Source: Deltaproteobacteria bacterium (GTDB lineage: Archaea > Thermoplasmatota > Poseidoniia > Poseidoniales > Poseidoniaceae). Taken from it: a DNA stretch of 64,000 bases. The notes below the pieces were generated by a model. The model did no database searches and was not told the origin of the DNA. It saw nothing but the letters and a program-made list of their open reading frames with translations. Positions 1 through 10,185 of this stretch are shown one piece after another (the stretch's first letter is position 1; the number at the start of each line of letters is the position of its first letter). The stretch is from assembly GCA_028344335.1 (NCBI GenBank), contig JAOMAZ010000002.1:380-64379 (forward strand). The letters run 5' to 3'. The translations under genes were made by a program, and so were the position numbers.

Positions 1-1
1 T

Positions 2-2665
2 GCTACTCAAATTTACAATGTATCAGAATCTAGAGTTGCAGTTCAAAGTGAGCATATTCCAAATCCAGGTGGTACAGAATTATATCCAGTACAATTGAGT
101 TGGAGCGGAGCAGAGTGCCCGGCGGTTGTGAACGAATGTCTTGTTCTTCCTCCAGTATCTGAAAAGAAACCGAAGGGCATGCCATTATCGATGAACTTAT
201 TGGAAAATGCAACAACTTTCACTTTCGCAGATTTGACAAACTTTGACCTTGGGAAAGTCCATATCCAAAACCAGAATTCTGCATGGGGTGTGCAAGTACA
301 GAAGGGAGAGTTAGTCCGATTTAGAACAATGGCCAAGGGCAACCAAGTTGGGGGAGCATACTTACTGGTCACGGACGCAATAGGAAATGAATTGTACAAT
401 TTTACCACAGATGATTACGGCTACACACCTCAATTTACTCTACCTTCAAATTTCCACATCGATACTAATTGGAATCATCTTGCTAATGATCCTGGTGAAG
501 ATTCATGCAATGATGGAATTGATAATGATGGTGATGCAAATATCGATAATGCAGATAGCGATTGTGAAAATGGAAGAGAAAAGTCTATTTATTCTGTTTG
601 GGCATATAAATTTGAAAAGGGTTTAGCTGAGTATTCCTTTGAACTATCTACTGCAGTAGATGATGTATTATCATTGTCCAATTTGGAACCATCATTGACA
701 ATAAATCAACCTGATGGATTTTCATTCAAGAGAATTATTGAAATTTCGGGAACTGCCTGGGATGGTGTTTCAGGACCATATTTCAATGATCTCGATGCAC
801 AATGGTCGCAACAGGGTGTTGTTCGCCAAATTCAAATTAAGCCTCCCGGTGTTTTAGATTGGGATGACGCATATTTTGCCACTGACACCTCAGGTGCATC
901 TGGAGTAGTCAACAAATCTAATCATCCTTTCAGTTCTTGGTCATATGAATGGGATATGAGCAACAATCCAGAAGGTGATTATACATTCGAAATTAGAGCA
1001 TTTGATGGATTAGATTACAGCCCAACTTTCACGAGAATCTACAAACTGAATACAATTGCTCCAACCATTCTCCTTGATTCCCCAGCCAACCATTCCTCAC
1101 ATGATGATGGGAGAGTTATTTTCATTGGAAGAGCAACCGATCCATACACTGGAATTCAAGGTTCAGACATCGATAAGATTTGGTTCAGCATAGTAGGGCC
1201 AGATGGTATTCCTACTAGTACCAGTACACTTGGTGGAACCTCTTGGTCATGGGAATGGGATTTCTCTCCCCTGGTTAGTGGTGAATATGAGATAACAATT
1301 TGGGCCAGTGACTCTGATTTCTGCAAAAATGGACCAGGTGAGTGCTTAGCAAGAACGCTTGTATTGAATGTTGATACCGATAATGATATTCCATATGTAC
1401 AGATTTCAGAACCTTATGACACTCAAACTGTCACGGTCTCAACCACCACGCTGGTCTCTGGAACTTCTAGAGATACCGATGGACAAGTAACAAAGATTGA
1501 ATTCACAGTAACAAATCAAGACGGGCTTGAAGAGCAAAAACATCCGGCTACTATCACCATGGACAATATTCGATCTGATGGTTATTGGGAGACAACTTGG
1601 GATACCTCAGACCTTCTACATGGGCGGCAATATAGCTTAACAGCTCGCTCTTTCGATGGCTACAATTATTCCCCACCTTGGACAGTAACAGTTGAAATTG
1701 ATAATCCTCCTGAATTCGGTAATATTCCTCCAGTATTCAATGCCACAGGTTGGGTTGAAGTGATCAAGGTGTTCTGCGACTCAGGGTCGAATTCAGTTAA
1801 TCAATGTGGGGAATCTAAGACTCTAAATTTGTCTAAACACTTCAGTGATGAAGATCAACCAATGTCAACAGGTGATTTTATCGTTATAGATAACCCAGCA
1901 ATTTCAAGTGATGATCATTATGGTATCGTGATAACGATTACAGCCTCAGGAATTGCAACATTTGACACCATTAAGATGAGGGATTACAGCGATGATATTT
2001 CCGAATGGTCACTCAAAGGAGTACAGTTCCAATATATTGATGCCTCTGGTTCAAAGGCTACTTCATTATTAGTGGATTTCCATGTTGAATCTTCTAGTTT
2101 CACTTATCAAATGGAGGGAGATGGCGAAATTGCTGAAGATGGGACCCTTAAATTTTCAGGTGAAGGCAGGCCAGGTGCAAAGGTTACCGCCAGAATAAAG
2201 GATGGTGAGAGATCAATTGGAGAGACAACTGTTGGAGAAAATGGTCTTTGGGCTATGGAAATAAGTGGTAAAGAACTGAATGGAGTTGGTTCACACTCAA
2301 TCGTCTTTGAATACTCTGGAGTCTTGACAGAACCCGTTGCAATTCAAGTAGGAGAACTAGATGAAGGAATTGCAACTTGGGTGATAGTAGTTGGAATTTT
2401 GATTGCTGTCGTAATTCTTGGAGTAATGTTTGTTTTCTTCTTTGTTGAGTTTGAAGAATTCGGTGATGAAGATATGGACCAAGATACCACTTCTAAGGAG
2501 GACGACCCATATGCATGGGCAAAACAGGCACAAACAGAAGTTGCAACCCCTGTTGCAACACCTCAACCTACACCAGCACCTCAGCCAGTAGATTCTTCCC
2601 AATATCCAGGATGGATGTGGGATGCAGCCAATAATAAGTGGGTTCCTGACCCAAATCACCCTTAG
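2..2665 (+). CDS. 5'-truncated large surface protein: Ig-like repeats, a CxDGxDNDGD metal-binding motif, C-terminal TM helix and Pro-rich cytoplasmic tail
   Basis: Frame is open from base 2, so the start lies outside the window. Repeated 'P(S/T)(L/I)xIxxP...I(S)GxAxD...W(S)YEWD...GxY' Ig-like units, SCNDGIDNDGDANIDNADSDC, TM WVIVVGILIAVVILGVMFVFFF, tail ending YPGWMWDAANNKWVPDP. Confidence 0.8.
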   Translation, partial: ATQIYNVSESRVAVQSEHIPNPGGTELYPVQLSWSGAECPAVVNECLVLPPVSEKKPKGMPLSMNLLENATTFTFADLTNFDLGKVHIQNQNSAWGVQVQKGELVRFRTMAKGNQVGGAYLLVTDAIGNELYNFTTDDYGYTPQFTLPSNFHIDTNWNHLANDPGEDSCNDGIDNDGDANIDNADSDCENGREKSIYSVWAYKFEKGLAEYSFELSTAVDDVLSLSNLEPSLTINQPDGFSFKRIIEISGTAWDGVSGPYFNDLDAQWSQQGVVRQIQIKPPGVLDWDDAYFATDTSGASGVVNKSNHPFSSWSYEWDMSNNPEGDYTFEIRAFDGLDYSPTFTRIYKLNTIAPTILLDSPANHSSHDDGRVIFIGRATDPYTGIQGSDIDKIWFSIVGPDGIPTSTSTLGGTSWSWEWDFSPLVSGEYEITIWASDSDFCKNGPGECLARTLVLNVDTDNDIPYVQISEPYDTQTVTVSTTTLVSGTSRDTDGQVTKIEFTVTNQDGLEEQKHPATITMDNIRSDGYWETTWDTSDLLHGRQYSLTARSFDGYNYSPPWTVTVEIDNPPEFGNIPPVFNATGWVEVIKVFCDSGSNSVNQCGESKTLNLSKHFSDEDQPMSTGDFIVIDNPAISSDDHYGIVITITASGIATFDTIKMRDYSDDISEWSLKGVQFQYIDASGSKATSLLVDFHVESSSFTYQMEGDGEIAEDGTLKFSGEGRPGAKVTARIKDGERSIGETTVGENGLWAMEISGKELNGVGSHSIVFEYSGVLTEPVAIQVGELDEGIATWVIVVGILIAVVILGVMFVFFFVEFEEFGDEDMDQDTTSKEDDPYAWAKQAQTEVATPVATPQPTPAPQPVDSSQYPGWMWDAANNKWVPDPNHP

Positions 2666-2722
2666 TGATGCAGGATATCTAACTCGTAATATAGGTATAG
2701 GGGCACAGGACGGTAGGTAAGC

Positions 2723-5263
2723 ATGGCAATACCAAAACCGGGAGTCCAAGAGAGGATTCTACTTCATTTGCGAGATTATTCTGACTTTTCAGATGCTGTT
2801 GAAGTGCCTTTTTCATTATCACAAATGGGAATTGCAAATGCAGTTGCAATAGCTCGTTCAAATGTGCCTAGAGCTATTGCTGGATTGAAGGATCAGGGAT
2901 TATTAATTGAGCGCCAAGCGCATGTAACTGGAGTTAGTCGAAAACGTAAAGCCTACTTTTTAACAAAGCCTGGAATTGCTTTGGCTGAAGACACTTGGAA
3001 GCGGTTGAGGTCCTTTCCTCTGCGATGTATTATTCACGGTGGCGAAATTATTTCCACTTCACTAGGAGAAATCCAGAATACTCTACCTTTTTCAATGCGT
3101 CCAGTAGATGTTATCAGATATCTTGATGACAATGGAATAATTGATATTCGAAGTCTTTCAGAAGATTTGATTGAGCGCGACCTCTCTAAACACGTGGAAA
3201 AGCAATTAGTGACTTCACTCGGTGACTTGCCTCGTTTGAGGCATTTTTATGGTCGTCAAGTTGAATTGGGAATGATGGCCGATTTACTTGAAGCAAGGGA
3301 TGACCCTTCGTTGGCTGTACGTACAATCCATGTTGCAGGAATTGCTGGAATCGGTAAGACAACTGTTGCTTCAAAGTTGATTGAGCGCTTTATGCACCGC
3401 AGAAACCTTCTCTACCATCGTTGCCAAGATTGGGAAGGAGCACGAGGTTTTCTCGATGCAGTCGCTGATTGGTTAGCAAGTATTGGGGATGGTGTGTTGA
3501 CAGATTATCTGACTTCAACACCGCATCCTCGACCAGATGATGCGGCTAAAATCCTAGCAGATGCCTTGGCCATAGCGCCATCACTAATTGTCATCGATGA
3601 TTATCATAAAGTCAGCGACAAAATACTTCACCAAACTATCAAGGCTTTTGCATTGAGGATTCCTAAAATTGATCAAGATATTGGCCTTGTTATTTTCTCA
3701 CGCTCACATCGAGTTGCAATTCCAACCAAAGATGCAGAGGGGAACATCATCAGTATGCCAATGGTCTTAACGGGGTTAGATGTTGAGGCATCGAAACATT
3801 TGCTCCCTGCTTTTGAAGATTTACAAAAAGAGCAATTCATGTTTATTCACTCAATGGCAAGAGGTCACCCATTAGTACTTGAATTGATTAACAGAGGAGC
3901 GCCTGCCACAGCATTTCACGAAACTTTGGAGAATTACATAGCGGTTGAAATCTTCAGTAAACTATCCGCTGAGCAAAAGCGTCTGCTTGGAGCATTAGCG
4001 ATTTACAGAGAAGCAATGCCCTTAGCAGCATTAGCAGCACAAGGTTTGGATACTAATGAACTTGATTCATTGGTTGAGCAGGGCCTTGCAAGACAAGCCG
4101 ATGCTGATTCATATGACGTTCACGATTTGATTCGTGAATTCCTCCATTCCGGAATGGATGAAGAAACCGCTGAATCTCTCCACAAGTATGCTGCTGATTG
4201 GTATTCTAATAAATCATCATCTGCAGAATCAATAATTGAATTTCTTCATCATTTAATAAAATGCAATCAATCTGAGAGGGCTGCAGATGTGGTGTCACAA
4301 CATGGTGAAAACTTGGTGCGTGACGGTAGAATGGAACTATTGGTTATTCTCGAGGCAATAGACTTACAATCTGTGGCCAAGATACATGCTTGTAAGGTTC
4401 GTATTCTTCAGGCTGATATTTTGACTTTACAAGGTAGGTTTGACGAGGGGCAATCGCTCTATGAGGAGGCATTAAAGCATTCAAAAAGCCTCAAGGATGT
4501 TGCAATGGAGGCCTCGGTCTTGGCTAGCCTAGCAGATATTTCGTTGAAGAGAGGTGATTCTGAAAATGCACTCGACTTACATCGTCAAGCATTGAAAATA
4601 TTTGTCTCTATTGAAGATGGAGTTGGAGCTGCTAGAACTTACAATAATATGGGATTCATCTTCCGTAGAAAAGGAGATATTAGTTCAGCCAAAGAAGCAT
4701 ATTCCAATGTCGAAGAGATTCTCTTAACAGAAGACAATACCGAATTGATTCACTCTCGTATTCTCCTTGCGCGTTCATGGTTAGAGATGGGTGAAGTGGA
4801 AAAGGCAAGAGACCACGCATTGAAATGCCATGAAGAGACTGTTTCCCAACCAGACAAAGCCCTGCATGCGAAGGCACGTGCTGTGCTAGGTAGATTTTAT
4901 GCAAAGACGGGTGATTCCGAATTAGCCCTTCATCACTATTCTGAAGCCTTAGAACAGATGGGGGATGATGGTGACCCGATCACCTTGGTAGATACTATTC
5001 TATTATTGGGTGAAGTACTTGAAGATTCAGAGAGAATGGAGGAAGCCCTTAACATTTATCGAGAGGGTTTGCTCATTGCAGAAGGAAATGACCTGCGCAT
5101 GCAAATTGGAGAACTACTTGCTAGACTCGGCGGTGCTGCACCAGATATGACTAGAAGAATGGAATATCTACAAAGAGCCCTCACTGTGTTCAGGGAATTA
5201 GGAGCAGAAGGCCGGATGAGAGAAATTCAAAACATGGTCCATCAGGCAATTATCGGAAGATAA
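2723..5263 (+). CDS. Winged-HTH + STAND (NB-ARC/MalT-like) NTPase + TPR protein, putative signal-transducing regulator
   Basis: N-terminal wHTH (LSQMGIANAVAIARSNVPRAIAGLKDQGLL), Walker A GIAGIGKT, Walker B LIVIDDYH, GHPL (GxP) motif, VHDLIRE (MHD-like) motif, C-terminal TPR repeats. Confidence 0.85.
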   Translation: MAIPKPGVQERILLHLRDYSDFSDAVEVPFSLSQMGIANAVAIARSNVPRAIAGLKDQGLLIERQAHVTGVSRKRKAYFLTKPGIALAEDTWKRLRSFPLRCIIHGGEIISTSLGEIQNTLPFSMRPVDVIRYLDDNGIIDIRSLSEDLIERDLSKHVEKQLVTSLGDLPRLRHFYGRQVELGMMADLLEARDDPSLAVRTIHVAGIAGIGKTTVASKLIERFMHRRNLLYHRCQDWEGARGFLDAVADWLASIGDGVLTDYLTSTPHPRPDDAAKILADALAIAPSLIVIDDYHKVSDKILHQTIKAFALRIPKIDQDIGLVIFSRSHRVAIPTKDAEGNIISMPMVLTGLDVEASKHLLPAFEDLQKEQFMFIHSMARGHPLVLELINRGAPATAFHETLENYIAVEIFSKLSAEQKRLLGALAIYREAMPLAALAAQGLDTNELDSLVEQGLARQADADSYDVHDLIREFLHSGMDEETAESLHKYAADWYSNKSSSAESIIEFLHHLIKCNQSERAADVVSQHGENLVRDGRMELLVILEAIDLQSVAKIHACKVRILQADILTLQGRFDEGQSLYEEALKHSKSLKDVAMEASVLASLADISLKRGDSENALDLHRQALKIFVSIEDGVGAARTYNNMGFIFRRKGDISSAKEAYSNVEEILLTEDNTELIHSRILLARSWLEMGEVEKARDHALKCHEETVSQPDKALHAKARAVLGRFYAKTGDSELALHHYSEALEQMGDDGDPITLVDTILLLGEVLEDSERMEEALNIYREGLLIAEGNDLRMQIGELLARLGGAAPDMTRRMEYLQRALTVFRELGAEGRMREIQNMVHQAIIGR

Positions 5264-5277
5264 ATTCCATCATCATG

Positions 5278-5757
5278 TTATTTAGAACGGGGTGCGATAT
5301 GGGAAATTATTACTTCACCGTCATCATAAATAACCCACACCTTCAGAGATTTTCCTAGATTTACTTCTCCAGAATGAGCCGCAGATGATGCACCTGAGAT
5401 AGAGACTGCATCCGTGTAAATTCCTCTGTCATCAATCAAAGCAAGTTCGGAGTCATCTAAGATGAGAGTTAGTGCACTCACATCACTGTGAATTGCTCTT
5501 AGTAAAACCGGCTCTGCATAAAACGAATTTGGATCCAACCTACTGGCTGCATCGGCTCTTTCAACTGCGGCAGCTACTTCCCTAAGGTTATCTTCTAATG
5601 CCTGTTCATTCCATCTAGTGCGGGTGGAATTTTCGATATCCCAAGCCCAAACACTGAACATACTAAGCAAAAGAACCCCGAGTAAAAAGGTGAATACATA
5701 ACCCAATTCAGTTGCAGCAGCAGATTGATCTTGTTTCATTTCACCCTTCACCATCAC
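5278..5757 (-). CDS. Small archaeal type IV pilin-like protein (alternative start ATG 5739)
   Basis: Short polar N-terminus then AAATELGYVFTFLLGVLLLSMFSVW hydrophobic helix and an amphipathic helix. Third gene of a pilin-like operon. Confidence 0.6.
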   Translation of the reverse strand: MMVKGEMKQDQSAAATELGYVFTFLLGVLLLSMFSVWAWDIENSTRTRWNEQALEDNLREVAAAVERADAASRLDPNSFYAEPVLLRAIHSDVSALTLILDDSELALIDDRGIYTDAVSISGASSAAHSGEVNLGKSLKVWVIYDDGEVIISHIAPRSK

Positions 5758-5769
5758 ACCCCCCTTTAT

Positions 5770-8004
5770 TCATATTCCTTGCATTGTACATGAGACCAAG
5801 GATAATTGTAGACTGAACTGAATACTTTCACCTTGAGTATGGTAAATTGTTTCAGAACTATCCATCGAAGGATGTGGAACCCATCCCTTGTAGTCGTTCA
5901 ATAAATCTAGACGCATTGGTGCGGAAGTCCAATCTTCGGAACTTCTCAAATCTCTTGATACTGCTGATGCTAAAGTGCTCCCATATGGGCCATCCCACCC
6001 TCTCCTCACTTCGTGTGCTTCTGCACTGGTCAAGGATAGTCTCTGTTCTAGGAATAAGCCAACCGAAAATTCCCCAGAACCAACATGGCTTTCAGAAGTG
6101 GGAGTAAGAAGTGGAATGGATATTGCAAATCGTGGACCAGGTCCATTTCGGTCTAATGGCGATTTAATCACAGTTGGTTCAACTTCAGGATGATTTGTGA
6201 CTACTGCACCGGCTCTCATCGCAACTTCTAATCCCTTGATAGAACTTGAAAAAGAGTATACTAATCTTGGAGCATGTATCGCCCATGCAGTTGAGAGAGT
6301 AGTAGTTTTTTCATCCATCCAAGGCCCAATTAATTCGACTTTTATAGAGGAAGGGTGACTTCCATCTTGCCAAGCAGTCTTGGCTTCAAGGTCTGTAGAA
6401 TACGATAATGCCTGCCATGGTAATTCCACATTAATCCAGCCACTGGCACGTATACCAATTTTTCTGCAACGCTCTTTTCCATCATGTTGAATTGAAAGTA
6501 TTCCATCTTCACCACTTTCATGATATAAGCGCAAACCATCATATGTGTCATCTGCATTAATTCTCATTTGACCTTGACCTAGGATCACCGTTGTGATTGC
6601 TTGGCTATGCTGACTTAAGGTTGTAATATTGCTAATTACTGTGGTCCAATTGCTCATGGTACCAGTAACTTGAGGATGATATCGAGCTCCGTTCTCGGGA
6701 CTAATATCGAATAGTGAATGACCGCTGCTTCTACTACTATCGGTGGCTACTACCATGTCCAATCCAGTTGCATTAGAAGAGTTTCTTTGGGCAAATGTCC
6801 AACGCAAACTAACTGGGTCATCGGCGATTAATTGAGGTGAAACTGTCCCTTGGGGTGGCCATTGAACTGCGAGAGTTGATTCAGGACTAATTGAGGCAGC
6901 CCCATTCCCCCATCTGACGGTGGCGGAAGTGTTTTGCTGATTTGTTATCAACAATGTGCCACTGTTTCCTGGTGGTTGGAAAGTATTCGCATATAAATTT
7001 CCAAATATACTTGGCCAAGATGCGAAACCTATGGCTGTACTCTTTGCTGCATCTTCATTATGTGCTAATATCATTCTTGCATCAGCACTACTTTGGACAT
7101 TGGCTATTAGGTCTTCACTATTATTGAATGTCATAGTCCAAGTGGCCCCTTCTTCCATGAAAGAATCTCTTTCTAAGACAATTTCACTTCCGACATTGTC
7201 TTCAATATCCCAATTTACACTGAAGGTTTTTTGAGAAACTAAAGTCAGGGTATTATTTCCCGCTGGGATGGCTACTCTCCAAGCCCGCCCTTCACCCGAA
7301 TATGGATTAATTGCTTGGGCGGGAATGAGGCTGGTGCCACCTTCACCCTTGAGCAATAGCACTTGGGCAGGTGCATCTAGGTGTAGCCAAGATTCATCAT
7401 TTCCACTGAGTGAAATACTCCAAGTTTCATCATCAGCAATTTCGGCATTGGTTTGAATCCCATCTTGTTCCATCATTATAGACAATGGGCCTTGGCTCTG
7501 TGCAAGTCCTGAATCAGGAGAGACCAGCAACCTTCCTTCCACAGCAGGGATTCTAAAGTGACTTAGAATACCACTTCCAAGCCTTAAATCTTCAAAGCAA
7601 ACAGCCGAAACTTCACCGCTAGGGTATCTAATTTGTAAATCTCGGTCAAAGTCAAGGGCATCGGCCAATCGCAGGGATGATGAATCTTGCCAAGCAGCGG
7701 AAATCCATACTCCACCTTGCTGGTTTTGCCACTTAAATCTACCTTCAACACCTTTCAAAACACTGGTACTTGAATCACCAGGCATCCCATTGCTGGATAA
7801 TTGGTCTATTTCATTAGACATGTCGAGCATTTGGGTAACCATGTTGCCCCTTTCAACAGCCCCTTCTAATTCTTCAATTACTGGAATCATCGTCATCATC
7901 ATCACTCCAATGATTGACAATACCCCCGCGAAGAGTAATACGGTTCCAATCGCAGCACTAACTGCCTCTTCATCCCTAATTGGGATTGCCGCTGCAGACT
8001 TCAT
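5770..8004 (-). CDS. Large (744 aa) archaeal type IV pilin-like / minor pilin or adhesin
   Basis: Class III-like signal RDEEA|VSAAIGTVLLFAGVLSIIG. ATGA overlap with the upstream pilin-like gene. Its N- and C-terminal parts resemble the 354-aa neighbour. Confidence 0.7.
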   Translation of the reverse strand: MKSAAAIPIRDEEAVSAAIGTVLLFAGVLSIIGVMMMTMIPVIEELEGAVERGNMVTQMLDMSNEIDQLSSNGMPGDSSTSVLKGVEGRFKWQNQQGGVWISAAWQDSSSLRLADALDFDRDLQIRYPSGEVSAVCFEDLRLGSGILSHFRIPAVEGRLLVSPDSGLAQSQGPLSIMMEQDGIQTNAEIADDETWSISLSGNDESWLHLDAPAQVLLLKGEGGTSLIPAQAINPYSGEGRAWRVAIPAGNNTLTLVSQKTFSVNWDIEDNVGSEIVLERDSFMEEGATWTMTFNNSEDLIANVQSSADARMILAHNEDAAKSTAIGFASWPSIFGNLYANTFQPPGNSGTLLITNQQNTSATVRWGNGAASISPESTLAVQWPPQGTVSPQLIADDPVSLRWTFAQRNSSNATGLDMVVATDSSRSSGHSLFDISPENGARYHPQVTGTMSNWTTVISNITTLSQHSQAITTVILGQGQMRINADDTYDGLRLYHESGEDGILSIQHDGKERCRKIGIRASGWINVELPWQALSYSTDLEAKTAWQDGSHPSSIKVELIGPWMDEKTTTLSTAWAIHAPRLVYSFSSSIKGLEVAMRAGAVVTNHPEVEPTVIKSPLDRNGPGPRFAISIPLLTPTSESHVGSGEFSVGLFLEQRLSLTSAEAHEVRRGWDGPYGSTLASAVSRDLRSSEDWTSAPMRLDLLNDYKGWVPHPSMDSSETIYHTQGESIQFSLQLSLVSCTMQGI

Positions 8005-9065
8005 CCTCCTACCACCACCCGTTGCACACCTACTTCCAAGATGAAATTGGCAGAGGGAATTATAGTCAGACCATCACTTCCGGATTTTCTCCCATATGGT
8101 GCAAATCCGCTATATTCATCCAGTGTATTGGTTGCCAAATGTATTTCATATCCCTGCGTCCAATGATGGATGTATTGAGGGTCAATAATATCGTGCATTT
8201 GATTAGTCATTTCGAACCTAAAGTTCCATACATTACCATCAAATAACTCAATCGCACCAAGGGATTCTAATTCCATTACAGGATTAGCACCATTTGGAAG
8301 GCTTTCTCTAAAGTCAAGGTCTGTAAGCATCATTGAAACTCTTGGCGTACCATCAGGCAATTCATCGAAGCGAATAGTTGGATACTCATTAATTGACCAA
8401 GGCCGTCCTGGTTGGCGTTCAATACTTGCACCATTGATCAGGACCAATTCAAGTGAACCGGTATTCATTTCGGTTTTAATCTCCAATCCTGAAAGAGTTA
8501 GGATTGCTAAGCGATGTAGGATATTTCCTTCTGAATCTTTAACATCGAAAATGGAAATATCTGATAAGGATTGGGAGATTTGGAATTCTTGTTGTTCAGA
8601 AGTTTCTTGCAGTGTCCAAGTTGTTGTGTCCTCTCCTGAATTAAGGATCAATTCGCTACAAGATGAATTCTGGCAATCCAATACTATTTTTCCTTGTGAA
8701 TAAGAGATTTGAACTCTTTCAGATTCAACAAGGTCTGCTTCAATCGTCCACAGTTCTACATCTTGAAGCATGAGCAAATTTATGGCCCTCATTTCAAGAC
8801 TATTTCTTGAACCAGTGTCTTCAGGTGCAGCCCCTATAACATCTATTCTATCAGAAACTTGTTCAGCCAAAACATGACTTGCAGCCCAATCCCTTTGGTC
8901 CTCGAAGTCGGACAGATAAGGCTCTATTAGAACTACTACTCCCGACATTACTGAGATTAGCATAGCGAGTAGCATAACTACACCAACGATTTCACTGACT
9001 GCTGCTTCGTCAGGCATATTTCGCGGTCTTGGAAACCGCTCCTCTCGTGCGTCTAGGCTATGCAC
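8001..9065 (-). CDS. Archaeal type IV pilin-like protein (alternative start ATG 9017)
   Basis: DEAA|VSEIVGVVMLLAMLISVMSGVVVL matches the archaeal pilin N-terminal pattern (A-VSx(V/I)(V/I)G). Confidence 0.75.
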   Translation of the reverse strand: MHSLDAREERFPRPRNMPDEAAVSEIVGVVMLLAMLISVMSGVVVLIEPYLSDFEDQRDWAASHVLAEQVSDRIDVIGAAPEDTGSRNSLEMRAINLLMLQDVELWTIEADLVESERVQISYSQGKIVLDCQNSSCSELILNSGEDTTTWTLQETSEQQEFQISQSLSDISIFDVKDSEGNILHRLAILTLSGLEIKTEMNTGSLELVLINGASIERQPGRPWSINEYPTIRFDELPDGTPRVSMMLTDLDFRESLPNGANPVMELESLGAIELFDGNVWNFRFEMTNQMHDIIDPQYIHHWTQGYEIHLATNTLDEYSGFAPYGRKSGSDGLTIIPSANFILEVGVQRVVVGG

Positions 9066-9184
9066 GCCGCGGCATAGCCGCGGCTCCGTACATATCAGTT
9101 CGCCTAAAGAAGGTGATTTATGCTTGGAAATCCCTGCTCAGTGAGGTGACGGAGTGGTTTCTCCTTGATGCTGCTTTTGGTATC

Positions 9185-10000
9185 TCAAATGAGGACATTC
9201 ATTTCTTTTTCAGCCTGTCCGAGCCAATGCGTAAACTCCGGCCCATTTTGCAGGCTAATTGCAATATCTCCTTCGAAAACTTCGTCAATATGATAGAGAA
9301 CTGTACTTTCAGCTAGGTGCGGTTTATTATTTTCTGAGGAGAGGTGGCAAAGCACTATGCTTTCGGTTTTATTTGATACAACTTCAGCGAGCAATAGGCC
9401 AGTTTGGTCATTAGATAAGTGCCCCCCCGGACCGCGTATTCTATTCTTCAAGGATGAAGTGTATGAACCTCTCTCTAACCTCAATATGTCATGATTTGAT
9501 TCGATCGATATATGCTTACATCCACGTAGGTGTGAAAGTAATTCATCAGTCCATTCACCCAAGTCTGTTACTACTGCTGCTCTTTCGCCTCTACTGCTAG
9601 CGATGAAACCAACATTATCGGCACCATCGTGAGGAACAGGGACTGGAAGTATTGAGAGGTCATCAGAAAATTCTAACATCTGGAGTGATTCAAATAATTC
9701 CACATCTTTGACCAAGTCTAAACCAAGTGCACCTGCAGTCCTTAAGTTGCAATAAATCGGCACCCCCCATCGCCGGTGGACGATGCCAGCTCCGCCTCCA
9801 TGATCTCCATGGTGATGGGAGATCAACATAGCATCAATATCACTTGGATGGAGGTCTATTCTAGCCAATCTTTTTTCAAGTTCCCTGCCACTAAATCCTT
9901 GGTCGATAAGGATTTTTGCACCCTCGCTTTCGAGTAGGGTCGCATTTCCGCGACTTCCACTTCCAAGATGGGTTATCGATAAAGGCATGTCAACCAACAT
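9185..10000 (-). CDS. MBL-fold metallo-hydrolase, YycJ/WalJ-like
   Basis: LGSGSRGN, ILIDQG, SHHHGDH (HxHxDH), VPHDG, TDLG, IESNHD, GHLSN, LCHLSSENN motifs. Confidence 0.9.
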   Translation of the reverse strand: MLVDMPLSITHLGSGSRGNATLLESEGAKILIDQGFSGRELEKRLARIDLHPSDIDAMLISHHHGDHGGGAGIVHRRWGVPIYCNLRTAGALGLDLVKDVELFESLQMLEFSDDLSILPVPVPHDGADNVGFIASSRGERAAVVTDLGEWTDELLSHLRGCKHISIESNHDILRLERGSYTSSLKNRIRGPGGHLSNDQTGLLLAEVVSNKTESIVLCHLSSENNKPHLAESTVLYHIDEVFEGDIAISLQNGPEFTHWLGQAEKEMNVLI

Positions 10001-10185
10001 ATCGGGGATATGTACAGACCTTCAATTAACCCCTTAGTTTCATTTCTCTCAGCCCAATTTGAGCGTTGTTTATTGAATCTCGAAACATCAAGGACAACTG
10101 ACTTGTATGAACTATGCTCCATCAGTCTCATAAGCGGCTTTGCAGGGTTGCTATGCCTGACGGGGCTCCGTCACGGGTGCTTGAC

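Noticed and set aside
9066..9184. Intergenic gap with palindrome GCCGCGGC-ATA-GCCGCGGC and weak C/D-box-like words
   Set aside because: No canonical RUGAUGA/CUGA boxes or tRNA fold; a single hairpin is not enough to call an ncRNA.
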